Positions 49,297-59,671 of a stretch of DNA of 64,000 nucleotides are shown one piece after another. The number at the start of each line of letters is the position of its first letter. The first letter of the stretch is position 1. The stretch is from a virus: IMG/VR virus record IMGVR_UViG_3300037264_003921, positions 61,264 through 125,263 of that record. The stretch is one strand, 5' to 3'. The position numbers and the translations under genes are program-made. The notes beneath the pieces were generated by a model. That model worked only from the letters and a program-made list of their open reading frames with translations. It was not told where the DNA came from and ran no database searches.

Positions 49297-49992
49297 ATGG
49301 ATTTTAATCACAGACAAGACCGATCTATGAGAGAAATAGAATATCATGATTGGAATAGACAGAACCGTGATAGACTTTCAGAAGATCAGCTTGAGAAATT
49401 GTTGATGCTGCGGCCATTACGTGCAACATGTAAATCATGTACTATGTGCAGATTAGGTCGCATGCAGCATGAACATGATAACAAACTTGAGGAATGTCAT
49501 GTATTTAGCAACATGAATCCATCAAGATATATGGTAGTAGCACAAAACCCCGGATATAATGAATGTATTGGTGATGAGCCATTAATTGGCGATTCTGGTG
49601 AGATATTTGATGAAATAATAGAACGAAACGGATTATCAAGAAGTACATTTTATATAACAAACGTTGTTAAATGTTATTCACCGTCAAATAGAAAGCCAGA
49701 AATTGATGAAGTTGTGGCTTGCGAACCGTTCTTAACGATAGAACTTAAATTATTAAGACCAATTATTGTTGTGTCGCTTGGGGCTGTAGCATTTGAATCA
49801 TTATGTCCATCATTGTCATTTTCGGACAGCCTTGGTAAGATAGTTAAATCAAAATTTGATGTGAATGTATATCCTGTCTATCATCCATCACCAAGAAATA
49901 TGGCTGATAAACATAGAAAGAAAAGATTTGAAGCTGATATGCGAGTTTTATGTGAGATGATCAAGAGGTTGAATAAAAATGGACAAACATAA
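49297..49992 (+). CDS. uracil-DNA glycosylase family 4
   Basis: CxxCxL Fe-S, AQNPG..E...PLIG.SG, TNVVKC, NRKP, LGAVA, YHPS. Confidence 0.9.
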   Translation: MDFNHRQDRSMREIEYHDWNRQNRDRLSEDQLEKLLMLRPLRATCKSCTMCRLGRMQHEHDNKLEECHVFSNMNPSRYMVVAQNPGYNECIGDEPLIGDSGEIFDEIIERNGLSRSTFYITNVVKCYSPSNRKPEIDEVVACEPFLTIELKLLRPIIVVSLGAVAFESLCPSLSFSDSLGKIVKSKFDVNVYPVYHPSPRNMADKHRKKRFEADMRVLCEMIKRLNKNGQT

Positions 49993-50149
49993 AGTCAATC
50001 AAGCCGCGTCAAGACATAAAGCACAATTTTTTGATTCATTTTGGTATGGTGCGACGGCATTGATAACCGCATTTTGGGCTGTAGCGCTTATGCTCACTGT
50101 TGGATTTGCAATTGGATTAGTAATAAATTGGCTAAGAGAACCTCTTTAA
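49979..50149 (+). CDS. small membrane protein (56 aa, below ORF-track cutoff)
   Basis: Hand translation; GAGG RBS; one hydrophobic helix. Confidence 0.5.
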   Translation: MDKHKVNQAASRHKAQFFDSFWYGATALITAFWAVALMLTVGFAIGLVINWLREPL

Positions 50150-50545
50150 TGCATAGGTTCTTTTGTGGCGAGAATTGCCAATTATGACTACAAATTTGCC
50201 AAGCTTAGATTCTCTTAAGAATTTCTTAAATTTAGTTAAAATAGCCCCTAACTGGTCTGCTGTGATCTCTAAAATGCTTACAACCGTTTCTTTACTGATG
50301 TCTGGTAATGGTAATAGACTGTCTAGTGGGGCCATAATTTGGAATAATTTTTCAAATTTATCATTCCATTCGACATCTTTTTGGCTTATCTTCTTATCAG
50401 GGGTACGAATCTTTGCGCGATTAACTATATTATTAATTTTAGCGCGGGTTGTGTGGTCAATGGTTGATTGTTTTTTAATTTCTGCATCGATGTCGATATC
50501 AAGATTAACATTTATTATTTCAATTTTTTTTCTTTGAGATGTCAT
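50132..50545 (-). CDS. hypothetical protein, possibly winged-helix
   Basis: 137 aa basic. Confidence 0.5.
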   Translation of the reverse strand: MTSQRKKIEIINVNLDIDIDAEIKKQSTIDHTTRAKINNIVNRAKIRTPDKKISQKDVEWNDKFEKLFQIMAPLDSLLPLPDISKETVVSILEITADQLGAILTKFKKFLRESKLGKFVVIIGNSRHKRTYALKRFS

Positions 50546-51298
50546 ACAATTAGTTACGCGTACAATATAATGAGGATTTTTATGAACAAATGTATATTTT
50601 GCGATTCAATAGAAAATTTAACAAGTTCAATACAAATTACCACCAAGCTAGGCGCTAAAACAGTTCACATATGCCAATCACACGAGGAGACTGCATCACC
50701 AAAGCTGGTCAGAGAGGCTGTCGAACAAAGAGAGTCTACAATAGTGGAATTAGAACGGAAAGCCGCTGAGATTGGATATACTTTAGTACCAATAAGTAAA
50801 ATTGTTACACAAGAATCTATAAAAACAGCCACAATGCCAGAACAAGAACAAAGACAGGCAAAGCCACAAGCCGTCCCCGTTAAAACTCTACGAAAAGTGA
50901 ATGTAAGACCTGTCAACGTGCCAATCGTTGCCAAAGGGGCAAATGGTGACGTAAATTTGGATTCACATCAACCATATGATATATCTGATGATGCACCTGG
51001 TATAATTGAACATGAAGAGCAAACCATTTCTGGTCGTGCAGGAACACCGACAGCAATACCAAAGAAGATAGTAAGCGAAGCTGGTACAACCGAAATAAAT
51101 GTTGTGAATACTGGTGGTGACAAAGCTTTACAAGAAAGATTTAAAGCACTTGCTCATGGGTCTCAATCAAATGTAAAATCACCAGATTTCAGAAGCGGAT
51201 ATGCTATTCGTGAATGTGCAGTATGTAGAGGTACTGGAACAACTAAAATAGGGAACAAAACTTGCCCAAAATGTAATGGTAGTGGGATAATGTCATAA
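50468..51298 (+). CDS. Zn-finger protein with C-terminal DnaJ-type CxxCxGxG repeats; probable start 50582
   Basis: CIFC..C..H; CAVCRGTG, CPKCNGSG. Confidence 0.65.
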   Translation: MFFNFCIDVDIKINIYYFNFFSLRCHTISYAYNIMRIFMNKCIFCDSIENLTSSIQITTKLGAKTVHICQSHEETASPKLVREAVEQRESTIVELERKAAEIGYTLVPISKIVTQESIKTATMPEQEQRQAKPQAVPVKTLRKVNVRPVNVPIVAKGANGDVNLDSHQPYDISDDAPGIIEHEEQTISGRAGTPTAIPKKIVSEAGTTEINVVNTGGDKALQERFKALAHGSQSNVKSPDFRSGYAIRECAVCRGTGTTKIGNKTCPKCNGSGIMS

Positions 51299-51579
51299 TG
51301 GCAGATTTTTACAAAATCAATGGGAATAGATTCAGAAAACTTACAGATGAAGAGTTAAAATCTCCTGGGGTAAAGCCTTGGATTGGGATCGAATTCACTG
51401 AATTAGGTGGTCTGCCAATTAAAAAATTGTATATTACAGATAGCGAGTTAACGTATGAAGTATACAAGGCTCCACCAATCAGTGGTGGTGCGTATATCTA
51501 TCAAATAGTCAACGAAATTACCATAGAAGAAAATCCATTCCTAAGTGCGCTTATTAAAGAAAAATTAGACTCGCTCTAA
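51298..51579 (+). CDS. hypothetical protein
   Basis: 93 aa, coupled. Confidence 0.6.
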   Translation: MADFYKINGNRFRKLTDEELKSPGVKPWIGIEFTELGGLPIKKLYITDSELTYEVYKAPPISGGAYIYQIVNEITIEENPFLSALIKEKLDSL

Positions 51580-51983
51580 AGTCGCAATCTTGGTTTCTGA
51601 CCAGAAATGGCTTGGTTCCCAAATGCCTTGCGTGCTTTTTTCTCTATCTGTTTGTCTTCTGGTGTTTGATCTATTGGGTATTTAAGATTGTCTGTATCTT
51701 CTATTGATTTAGCACGTCTTGAGCTTGTATTGTCTATTTCTCCATATCCTATCTTATTTGCCGTACCAATAGGCGAATTAAAGTAATCACGTAATCTAGG
51801 TGTTAATGGAGTGTCTTGATTACCAGATCTCTGTGGTAATAATTTAGATGCAGCATTCCCTGATTTCTCTGGACGAAGCGGATCAGCTAATTTTTTAAAA
51901 AATCGTTTCCCGATAGCTGAGATCAATTTGTCACTCAATGAGTCTTCGTATAATGCTACTAATTTCATCATGCCTCTTGGCAT
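51576..51983 (-). CDS. hypothetical, possible internal head protein
   Basis: MKLVALYE N-terminus. Confidence 0.6.
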   Translation of the reverse strand: MPRGMMKLVALYEDSLSDKLISAIGKRFFKKLADPLRPEKSGNAASKLLPQRSGNQDTPLTPRLRDYFNSPIGTANKIGYGEIDNTSSRRAKSIEDTDNLKYPIDQTPEDKQIEKKARKAFGNQAISGQKPRLRL

Positions 51984-52441
51984 TTTTCTCTAATATTATA
52001 TCTTAACGGCCCAGGATCATTGCCAGAAACTTTACCACCATGTTTTTCATTTACAATGTCAACTATTTCTTTGTATAAACTACCGCCAGCGATTGCATTG
52101 CAAATAACAGGACTGATAATGTCTATATTATCAGTAGTCCAGCTTTCTTTTTTTGTTGTTTTGTCAGCTCCACGGCGATCTAAACGAATTAAACATTCAT
52201 TTTTATCAACGGATAATTTTGCAACAATTGCTTGTTGCCATTCGTCAGCTGTATGATTTAGAGTAAATGATACAACATCAATTATCTCAAATGGGCCAGA
52301 ATAATGCTGTGCTCCAGGGCCGAGTTTCGGAGGCTGTTCTGTTATAACCTCTTCTTCACCGTTATTACGATCTGGTGTACGACCAGAAGTTGGTGGGACG
52401 TCTTCATTAAATATGGATTCAAGATCTTCTTTGATTCCCAT
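51968..52441 (-). CDS. hypothetical, possible internal head protein
   Basis: LESIFNE N-terminus. Confidence 0.6.
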   Translation of the reverse strand: MGIKEDLESIFNEDVPPTSGRTPDRNNGEEEVITEQPPKLGPGAQHYSGPFEIIDVVSFTLNHTADEWQQAIVAKLSVDKNECLIRLDRRGADKTTKKESWTTDNIDIISPVICNAIAGGSLYKEIVDIVNEKHGGKVSGNDPGPLRYNIREKCQEA

Positions 52442-52442
52442 A

Positions 52443-52955
52443 TTATTTCATCTTCATGTCTCTACTACCATCTGGAGCTGGACCACCACCTGTGAAGGGT
52501 TCTGTCATTTTTGCGGTACGAGTGTCTGCATGTGAAGTGATATCGACTATTTCAGCTAGATGTGGGCTCCATCCCGCATCCTGTTCATTTGGTTTTTTTG
52601 CTGATAAATCTTCAACTATATTATCAACATGCTTGAGACAATCTTCACGTACTGCTGTTGGAATAGCTCTTGCTTTCATCTCTTTATCAAATGATAATTT
52701 AAAAGTTGGATGATCTATATATTTATGACTATGAACTGCGAAAAATGCTGAAGTAGCTGCATCTTTAAATGGGCTGCCAGCGACTTTTAGCGTAAATAAA
52801 TCGTCTATGCCTTCCCATCTAAATTGTGAATGGTGATCAGTGGTTTTATTAAATCCAACGGCTCCTGTATGAATAGAAAGACCAAGTTTAGCATCTTGCT
52901 GGAGCATGCCTGCAACAGCTTCGAGAATAAGCTTTTCTGTACTATTAAGGGCCAT
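52443..52955 (-). CDS. hypothetical, possible internal head protein
   Basis: KLILEA N-terminus; CAAAGATA upstream. Confidence 0.6.
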   Translation of the reverse strand: MALNSTEKLILEAVAGMLQQDAKLGLSIHTGAVGFNKTTDHHSQFRWEGIDDLFTLKVAGSPFKDAATSAFFAVHSHKYIDHPTFKLSFDKEMKARAIPTAVREDCLKHVDNIVEDLSAKKPNEQDAGWSPHLAEIVDITSHADTRTAKMTEPFTGGGPAPDGSRDMKMK

Positions 52956-52996
52956 ATTAGTCCTCTATCAATACTCACGATATCTTTGATTAGATA

Positions 52997-53428
52997 ATGG
53001 AAAACCAAAATAATAATACTATCAATCAGTTTGATGTTGTTAGATTAATTACATCAAAAAATGTCAGATATTTGTCTGGGCCAACTGGTAGAGCTACCTC
53101 ACCACAGGGAGAATGGTCCGTAGTCGGGTTTGTTGACGGTGAAGCATTACTAGCAAAACAAACAACAATAATAAAAGTACCAATATCAGATATAGCTATC
53201 ATAGCATCATATGACATAAATAACATTAAGAATCATCTTGTCGATAATATTGCTAGCATAGATATTGTAATAAGCGTAACACGGCTTATGAATGTTACAT
53301 ATGAGCATGCTTTGAGTATATGCAAAAAGTTTAAAATTCCATTACGGGTCGATTCAAAAGAATATGAAGAAAAGGCACTACAAAAATTGAAAGAGTGTTT
53401 AAATAAACAGAATAAAATTGGAGAATAA
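52997..53428 (+). CDS. hypothetical protein
   Basis: 143 aa upstream of recA. Confidence 0.6.
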   Translation: MENQNNNTINQFDVVRLITSKNVRYLSGPTGRATSPQGEWSVVGFVDGEALLAKQTTIIKVPISDIAIIASYDINNIKNHLVDNIASIDIVISVTRLMNVTYEHALSICKKFKIPLRVDSKEYEEKALQKLKECLNKQNKIGE

Positions 53429-53429
53429 A

Positions 53430-54488
53430 ATGGCACAAAAAGAACCAAAACAAGAGCCAAAGGGCCTTGATGAAGTATTGGCAAGCATTAAAAAAGATTA
53501 TGGGGATGGAGCTGTTATACAAGGGGACTATGTCGTTAAAGGTGTAGAAGGAATATCAACTGGTGCATTCACATTAGACGTAGCGCTTGGTATAGGTGGG
53601 ATTCCAAAAGGTAGAATAACAGAAATATATGGTCCAGAAGCCAGTGGAAAGACTACTTTATGTCTTGAAATAATTGCAAATGTTCAGAGGGCTGGTGGGA
53701 AAGCGGCATTTATTGATGCCGAACACGCGTTAGATATACTGTATGCAAGAAGTGGCCCTGGGGTAGACACTACTAAATTATTGTTGAGTCAACCAAATTC
53801 TGGCGAAGAAGCTTTAGATATTTGTGAGCGTCTTGCAAAATCTGGGGAAGTATCTCTGGTAGTAGTAGACTCTGTTGCTGCTCTAGCACCACAGGCAGTT
53901 ATCGACGGTGAAATGGCTGACCACAATCCAGGTGCACAAGCTCGTCTTATGAGCAAGGCGTTGTGCAGATTGAAAAGCATTTTAAATAAGACAAATACAG
54001 CTGTCGTATTCACCAATCAATTGCGCGAAAAAATAGGTATGATGTTTGGCAACCCAGAAGTTACGCCAGGTGGTCGTGCATTAAAATTCTATGCTAGCGT
54101 TAGAATTGATATTAGACGTCTCGAGGGTGTTCGCGAAAAAGGAGAAGTTTCACCATCTGGCAATTTAGTTCGTGCCAAAGTTGTGAAAAACAAAGTGGCA
54201 AGCCCATTTAGACAAGCTGAATTCGAGATTACTTATGGTAAAGGAATTAATAAACTTGGATGTTTAATTCAATCAGCTGAAGAACTAAATATTGTCAAAA
54301 AGGCTGGTTCATCGTTTAAATATGACAATAAAACTTTTATTGGACGAGCCAAATTAGTTGAATATTTTGAAAAAAATCCAGCATGCATCAGCTTACTGGA
54401 CACTGAGTTACGTGATCGGCTTAAATTAAAACAAGTAGCCGTTGCTGAAGAAATCCAAGCAGCTGAGAGTGCAATAGAAATTGAATAG
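53430..54488 (+). CDS. recA: recombinase RecA
   Basis: GPEASGKTT, FIDAEHALD, VVDSVAAL, QARLMS, NQLREKIG, GG.ALKFY, KNKVA.PF. Confidence 0.97.
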   Translation: MAQKEPKQEPKGLDEVLASIKKDYGDGAVIQGDYVVKGVEGISTGAFTLDVALGIGGIPKGRITEIYGPEASGKTTLCLEIIANVQRAGGKAAFIDAEHALDILYARSGPGVDTTKLLLSQPNSGEEALDICERLAKSGEVSLVVVDSVAALAPQAVIDGEMADHNPGAQARLMSKALCRLKSILNKTNTAVVFTNQLREKIGMMFGNPEVTPGGRALKFYASVRIDIRRLEGVREKGEVSPSGNLVRAKVVKNKVASPFRQAEFEITYGKGINKLGCLIQSAEELNIVKKAGSSFKYDNKTFIGRAKLVEYFEKNPACISLLDTELRDRLKLKQVAVAEEIQAAESAIEIE

Positions 54489-54535
54489 TATGAAAATATG
54501 TTAGATATCCATAATTAATAATATGAAAGTATAAT

Positions 54536-55183
54536 ATGTCAGCTCCAATATTCAGTCTTAATGAAATCGTCTATCTTGCAGAGTCGGCCTCTCTTGGTGA
54601 ACTTGAAGCCTATAGGATTGGTGCAATTAAACAAGCCTCTGCAGATGTTTGGCTCTATCAGATATTTATAGATCAAAAACCACCAGCTGAACAGACTGTT
54701 GGGGATAGAATAGACCTTAAAGAACCAGAGGAATTATTGTTTGAAGAATCTGAATTAATTGGACTATGCAGTGCTGTTAACACAGCAATCAAAAATGTTG
54801 AACAACGTATTAACAAAACACAAAATCTTATAGCTGAATGTGAAACCACTGGGTTGCCACCTGTAGTAATTGGTGCTCCAACGTTTGCAATTGGTGACAC
54901 TGTTTTTATAAAAGCGTCGGCTTCTATTGGGTTCATTGAAACATATAAAGTTGTTAGTATCCATAGAGTTCAAGATTCGCAAGAATTCACATATGAGCTC
55001 GACCTAACATCAGCTAGGTTTAACAACGGATTGCGTCAAACGATGCAACTCTTTTTTAAAGAGCGTGAATTAGTTGATAAGTGTACAGCATTAAACTTGT
55101 CGTTAGCAGCTTTAGATAGAAAAATAAGTAGACTATTAACCATAAAATTTAATCTCTGTACTAGTGAAGCAAGTGCCGTGTAG
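54536..55183 (+). CDS. hypothetical protein made of two tandem ~105-aa repeats
   Basis: AP.F.....V....SAS.G..E.Y and F.E.EL...C.A repeated. Confidence 0.65.
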   Translation: MSAPIFSLNEIVYLAESASLGELEAYRIGAIKQASADVWLYQIFIDQKPPAEQTVGDRIDLKEPEELLFEESELIGLCSAVNTAIKNVEQRINKTQNLIAECETTGLPPVVIGAPTFAIGDTVFIKASASIGFIETYKVVSIHRVQDSQEFTYELDLTSARFNNGLRQTMQLFFKERELVDKCTALNLSLAALDRKISRLLTIKFNLCTSEASAV

Positions 55184-55194
55184 TAGCTAAGGAT

Positions 55195-56526
55195 ATGACA
55201 TCGGAATTAACACAAACAGAAATAATAGAAGAACGCCCATTTGGAATCAATGAAGAAAAGGCTATAATATCTTTAGCGTTCGATATGCCAGAATTCTTCA
55301 GCCAAATTGGTAGGCATATAAGCTGGAAGCATTTTCAAGCTAGAGAGCATAAATACGTTTACACAATAATCGAACAGCAATTCAAAAAACATGGCTGCGT
55401 ACCGACACGAGAGCTTGCTTTAGATATTGCTTGGAAAAGTTTGTCAGTTGACGATGATTGGGAGCCAATAATAAATGCAATCAAACGTGAATCAAACCAT
55501 AGAGAAATCCCAATAATTAAAGATACACTGTTACAATGGACGCAAAAAAAAGCATTTGGGCTTCTTTATGGCGATGAAGCATTTCAAGCGTTACAACATG
55601 GGGATTATGAGATTCTCGTTGATCTCTTCGAGAAAGCTAGACGAATAACTGATGTCAGCAATATCGGGCTTAAATTCTTTGAAAATGTGCATTTACTATT
55701 TCAGGCTGACACTGAAATAAAATTGACATGTGGAATTAACGCACTTGATTGCCATATTAATGAGGGCGGCCCGATTAAAGGGGACGTCTTTGTGTGGATT
55801 GCTCCAACTGGCGTTGGTAAGAGTTTGATGTTAGTAAATTCTGGTAGGATATGTGTTGAAAAAGGTTTGAAAGTGTTGCATGTGACGTTGGAAGATTCAG
55901 TAATTAAAACAATGCAACGTTATATGGGGTCTTTTACAGATGAAATAATAAAAACTAGGAATGATCGTCGAGAAGCGATAGAACAAAGACTTTTTAGACT
56001 TAAAAGTAGTACTACTGGAGACCTTAGAATAGTTGATTTTCCACAAGCAGAGATTACAGTTGATACGTTACATCAGTTAATCGCGACACTGAAGCGCACC
56101 AATAATTGGAGCCCAGACGTGTTAATTGTTGACTATCTAGAACAAATGATGCCAAGACGGCAGCGCAGGGATGATAAAGATTACAATTCTCAAGGTGACA
56201 TATCAGAGGAATTGTGCAGTTTGGCAAAAAAAGAGAAAGTTCTTTTATTCACTGCTACACAAACCAACAGAGATGGCATCGGAAACTATAAAAATGGTAA
56301 GTCTGACGCTGATGGAGAGGTAATAGGCGTTAATAAAATTGCTGAGTCGTATGCTAAAGCGATGCCAGTACATTATTGTGTAAGTATAAATCAAACACCT
56401 GATGAATACGAACGTGGAATTGTTAGACTGTATATTGCTAAAAATAGGAATGGTCCGAAATTTAAAACAGTAAGAGCACGAATCAACTATCCATCTATGC
56501 ATGTTAAACAAGATGAGGCAATATAA
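55195..56526 (+). CDS. replicative DnaB-family helicase (gp41-like)
   Basis: APTGVGKS, TLE, IVDY, TATQTNR, AES..K, KNRNG. Confidence 0.92.
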   Translation: MTSELTQTEIIEERPFGINEEKAIISLAFDMPEFFSQIGRHISWKHFQAREHKYVYTIIEQQFKKHGCVPTRELALDIAWKSLSVDDDWEPIINAIKRESNHREIPIIKDTLLQWTQKKAFGLLYGDEAFQALQHGDYEILVDLFEKARRITDVSNIGLKFFENVHLLFQADTEIKLTCGINALDCHINEGGPIKGDVFVWIAPTGVGKSLMLVNSGRICVEKGLKVLHVTLEDSVIKTMQRYMGSFTDEIIKTRNDRREAIEQRLFRLKSSTTGDLRIVDFPQAEITVDTLHQLIATLKRTNNWSPDVLIVDYLEQMMPRRQRRDDKDYNSQGDISEELCSLAKKEKVLLFTATQTNRDGIGNYKNGKSDADGEVIGVNKIAESYAKAMPVHYCVSINQTPDEYERGIVRLYIAKNRNGPKFKTVRARINYPSMHVKQDEAI

Positions 56527-56552
56527 GTATTGCCTATACAAAGGAGACTAAG

Positions 56553-56927
56553 GTGGCTTTTTATAATTATCAATGTTCTGCTAAATCCCCTTGTAAAGTT
56601 AAGCAACTTACACGCGGTATCAAAAAGTCTCTTGTGATTGAGAAGCATAAGGGTGGGGTATTAATATGGACTATACAACATGGGATGAATGAGACACCAA
56701 CAATAAAATGCCCAGTATGTAGTAAAAACGCAGTTAAAACTTTATATGGCGCAAACTTGACAACATGGGTTCGTGGAAATTGCTACCTAAATCGTAAAGA
56801 CTGCAAACGACAGATGGATTTAAGATTGCTTGAGTCTAATAATGACCCATATAAATCATCGCGGCAGTCTGGCGAAGTTGACGAATTAAAGAATACTCTG
56901 AGAAAAAAGAAGATACCGCGTAGATAG
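56553..56927 (+). CDS. FmdB-like Zn-ribbon protein
   Basis: YNYQC...C, H.MNE.P...CPVC. Confidence 0.6.
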   Translation: MAFYNYQCSAKSPCKVKQLTRGIKKSLVIEKHKGGVLIWTIQHGMNETPTIKCPVCSKNAVKTLYGANLTTWVRGNCYLNRKDCKRQMDLRLLESNNDPYKSSRQSGEVDELKNTLRKKKIPRR

Positions 56928-56931
56928 GCCG

Positions 56932-58074
56932 GTGCTTTACATCTACACAGCTTTCAAAAAACCATCAAAGCCATTAGCTACCATAGTGTACGATAGCATT
57001 AACAACACTGTAGACATATATGACTTATATCTACAAGGCTCTGGATTGAAATTATACGCTGTTGAACAGCGAAAGAAATACATCGCTTCGTTGTTTGATG
57101 GTGAAGTGGCTGTAAATGATTTTAAAGCACATTTATGTGCATTTGGTCTACCAACCAATAAAGATTATAAAACCTTTGATATACCATTCACAGATGACAC
57201 TAAACAATCAAATAATGATGAACTTAAGAAAATATTGATGTCAAAAATTATTGAAATTAAAACCCAGCCACATAAAGAAACGTGGCAGTCACTTCTGTCA
57301 AACGCAACCTTGGTGTATCAAGATCTTGAAAATCGTGGTGTGTTGTTTGAATCAATGTTAGTCCATCCGATATATGGAACTAACACATTTACTGGAAGGT
57401 CGTCTACATCTGATTTTAACATACAAGGAATGGGTGATGGACAGGATATTACTTCAGTATCATATGACAATGATATTTTTGTATATGCCGATTGGATAGC
57501 TGCTGATATGCGTATGGCGTCGATAATGTCTAACGACATTGAAATGCAAAAAGCATTTGAATTGTCTGATCCATATGAATATCTCGCAACCAAGATAAAC
57601 ACTGATGTCACACGAGACGAATGCAAGAAAGCGTTATTAAGTAGCATTTATGCTCTTAATTATGATAATACAATATTAGACTTATATCCACAGTTAAAAA
57701 ACTGGATCATTAGTTCATGTGAGAAGCTCGAAATAGATAAATATCTTTCATCTATTCTTGGTAGAAAATTTCATCTAAATAAAAACAACCATAGGTCGGT
57801 GTTCAACGCAACTATTCAAGGCAGTGTAGCACATGCTATGCAAAATGTCCTTATAAAGTTGCATCAAAAAATGCCGGAGTTAATTTTAACTGAAATGCAT
57901 GATTCAGTAATATTATGTTGTAGGAAAGATCTATTAAAAAAAACGGTCGAGTTTGTAAAAGACACGATGTTACATCCATTTAACGGCATAATAGATTCTA
58001 ATCCATTATTTCCTCTCAGAGTAAGTATAGGTAACAAATGGCGTAATTGGAAACTTTTTAAAACGTATAGGTAA
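56932..58074 (+). CDS. short family A DNA polymerase
   Basis: TGRS...NIQ, ADWIAADMR (A), R...K......Y (B), N..IQGS.A, MHDS (C). Confidence 0.82.
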   Translation: MLYIYTAFKKPSKPLATIVYDSINNTVDIYDLYLQGSGLKLYAVEQRKKYIASLFDGEVAVNDFKAHLCAFGLPTNKDYKTFDIPFTDDTKQSNNDELKKILMSKIIEIKTQPHKETWQSLLSNATLVYQDLENRGVLFESMLVHPIYGTNTFTGRSSTSDFNIQGMGDGQDITSVSYDNDIFVYADWIAADMRMASIMSNDIEMQKAFELSDPYEYLATKINTDVTRDECKKALLSSIYALNYDNTILDLYPQLKNWIISSCEKLEIDKYLSSILGRKFHLNKNNHRSVFNATIQGSVAHAMQNVLIKLHQKMPELILTEMHDSVILCCRKDLLKKTVEFVKDTMLHPFNGIIDSNPLFPLRVSIGNKWRNWKLFKTYR

Positions 58075-58075
58075 T

Positions 58076-58561
58076 ATGTCTTGGTTTGACGATAATTTAG
58101 GCAATGATTTGGCTAGGCAGCTAATCAGGATTAATGTCAATATCGATGGTCAGATAATTGACAGAGATGTTCGACCAGACGTTGATATAAACTATGACAT
58201 GCTTGAGGAAGAACTACAAAACATATCTGCATCATTCTCATTTTGGGCTATACTGTTAGCGGAATGTAAAAAAATTGTAGCCATAATTGAAAGAAAAGTC
58301 AAAAGACGACGCGGAGAAGTTACCAATTTGCTATTAAACGAAGCGAAAAAAGAGGGCGTCAGACTACGTGGAACAGATGTCAAAGATCTTATTGAGACAG
58401 ATGATTTAATAGAAAAACTTGAAGCACAATTAATACTAGCAAATAGATCATTAAGTAAAATATTTGCAGTTGTAGATGCAATGCGGATGAAATCAGAGAT
58501 GCTGAGGAGTCTGGCTGGATTTAAGAAACAGGAAATGCGTGACTCTGATCAGAGTACATAA
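58076..58561 (+). CDS. UvsY-like recombination mediator
   Basis: Helical; D..IN...L.EE, C-terminal A..MKS..LRSL; next to SSB. Confidence 0.55.
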   Translation: MSWFDDNLGNDLARQLIRINVNIDGQIIDRDVRPDVDINYDMLEEELQNISASFSFWAILLAECKKIVAIIERKVKRRRGEVTNLLLNEAKKEGVRLRGTDVKDLIETDDLIEKLEAQLILANRSLSKIFAVVDAMRMKSEMLRSLAGFKKQEMRDSDQST

Positions 58562-58591
58562 CTATCGAGTGAATTTTATTAGAGGGAATTT

Positions 58592-59671
58592 ATGGATCGT
58601 CAAGAAGCGTTAGAAGCAGTTCGGAAGAAGATGCGCGAAAAGAAGGGTACACGGGCTAAAGATCCTATGCAGTTTGTGCCACCGCAAGTCAAGCCGAATG
58701 AGGTTTTTAAGTATAAGTTTTATGTCTTACCACAGCTGCAAGCGGACGATGTTTGTGCTACTGGCAAGGCTTCTAGAAGCATGGACCTGTGGTATACTAC
58801 GGCTGGTACTCATTGGATTAATAAGAAGCCACTTGAATGTCCACGTATCCATGACAATGGTAAATGCAAATTTTGCCAATTAGGGTTTGACTTACTATCT
58901 GAAACCGATGATGAAGTCCAGCGCAAGAATATTGTTAAGACATATCTAGCGCGGTCATCTTATGTTGTCAACATTTATTTCCCGCCATATTCTAGCACCC
59001 CACAAGAATTGCGCGGGAAGGTCATGTGGTATGCAATGCCAAAGACAGTGTTTGATATCATGGAAGCGACAGTGATGCGTGATGCATCTGCCGATGAATT
59101 AGACCCACAGGCATATGGTCTATTCTATTCTCCTGAAAATGCTTATGTCTTCCAGCTAGAGATCAAGCATCAAGGCAACTACAATGATTATAAGCAGTCA
59201 AAATTCTTGCATAGTTCTTATGGACCTATGATAAAGAATAAAGATGGCGACCTAGATGCATCAATGCCAAAAGTTCTTGCACAGCGCCATGATTTGTTCC
59301 TGAAATTTGCTGAGCGTGATGGTGAAGCATTAGCAAAGCTCGCAGACCAGGTTTTGAAGGGTGAGCCTGAATCTGATAGATCGATGGCTGATGCATCTTC
59401 AACTACAGAAACTCAGCCTGTTAATGATACGTCTAGTGTGCCAAACACCACTAGTAGCGATTCGGGCACTTTAATAGATGAGCCAGAAGATACATCAGCG
59501 CAACAGAAAACGAAGCTAGCTACAACGCAGCAAAAACAAGTAGCGAAGCCAGCTACGACAGTAAAGCAAGCAACTCTAACAGCTCAGAGGCCTGTTCAAC
59601 AAAAACCGGCTTCTGACACACCAGACGATGAAGAGTTAACCAGACTGTTGGCTGACATCAGAGACAATTAA
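58592..59671 (+). CDS. single-stranded DNA-binding protein (gp32-like)
   Basis: HW....CPR....CKFC, YVVNIY, Y..S.F, acidic tail. Confidence 0.8.
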   Translation: MDRQEALEAVRKKMREKKGTRAKDPMQFVPPQVKPNEVFKYKFYVLPQLQADDVCATGKASRSMDLWYTTAGTHWINKKPLECPRIHDNGKCKFCQLGFDLLSETDDEVQRKNIVKTYLARSSYVVNIYFPPYSSTPQELRGKVMWYAMPKTVFDIMEATVMRDASADELDPQAYGLFYSPENAYVFQLEIKHQGNYNDYKQSKFLHSSYGPMIKNKDGDLDASMPKVLAQRHDLFLKFAERDGEALAKLADQVLKGEPESDRSMADASSTTETQPVNDTSSVPNTTSSDSGTLIDEPEDTSAQQKTKLATTQQKQVAKPATTVKQATLTAQRPVQQKPASDTPDDEELTRLLADIRDN

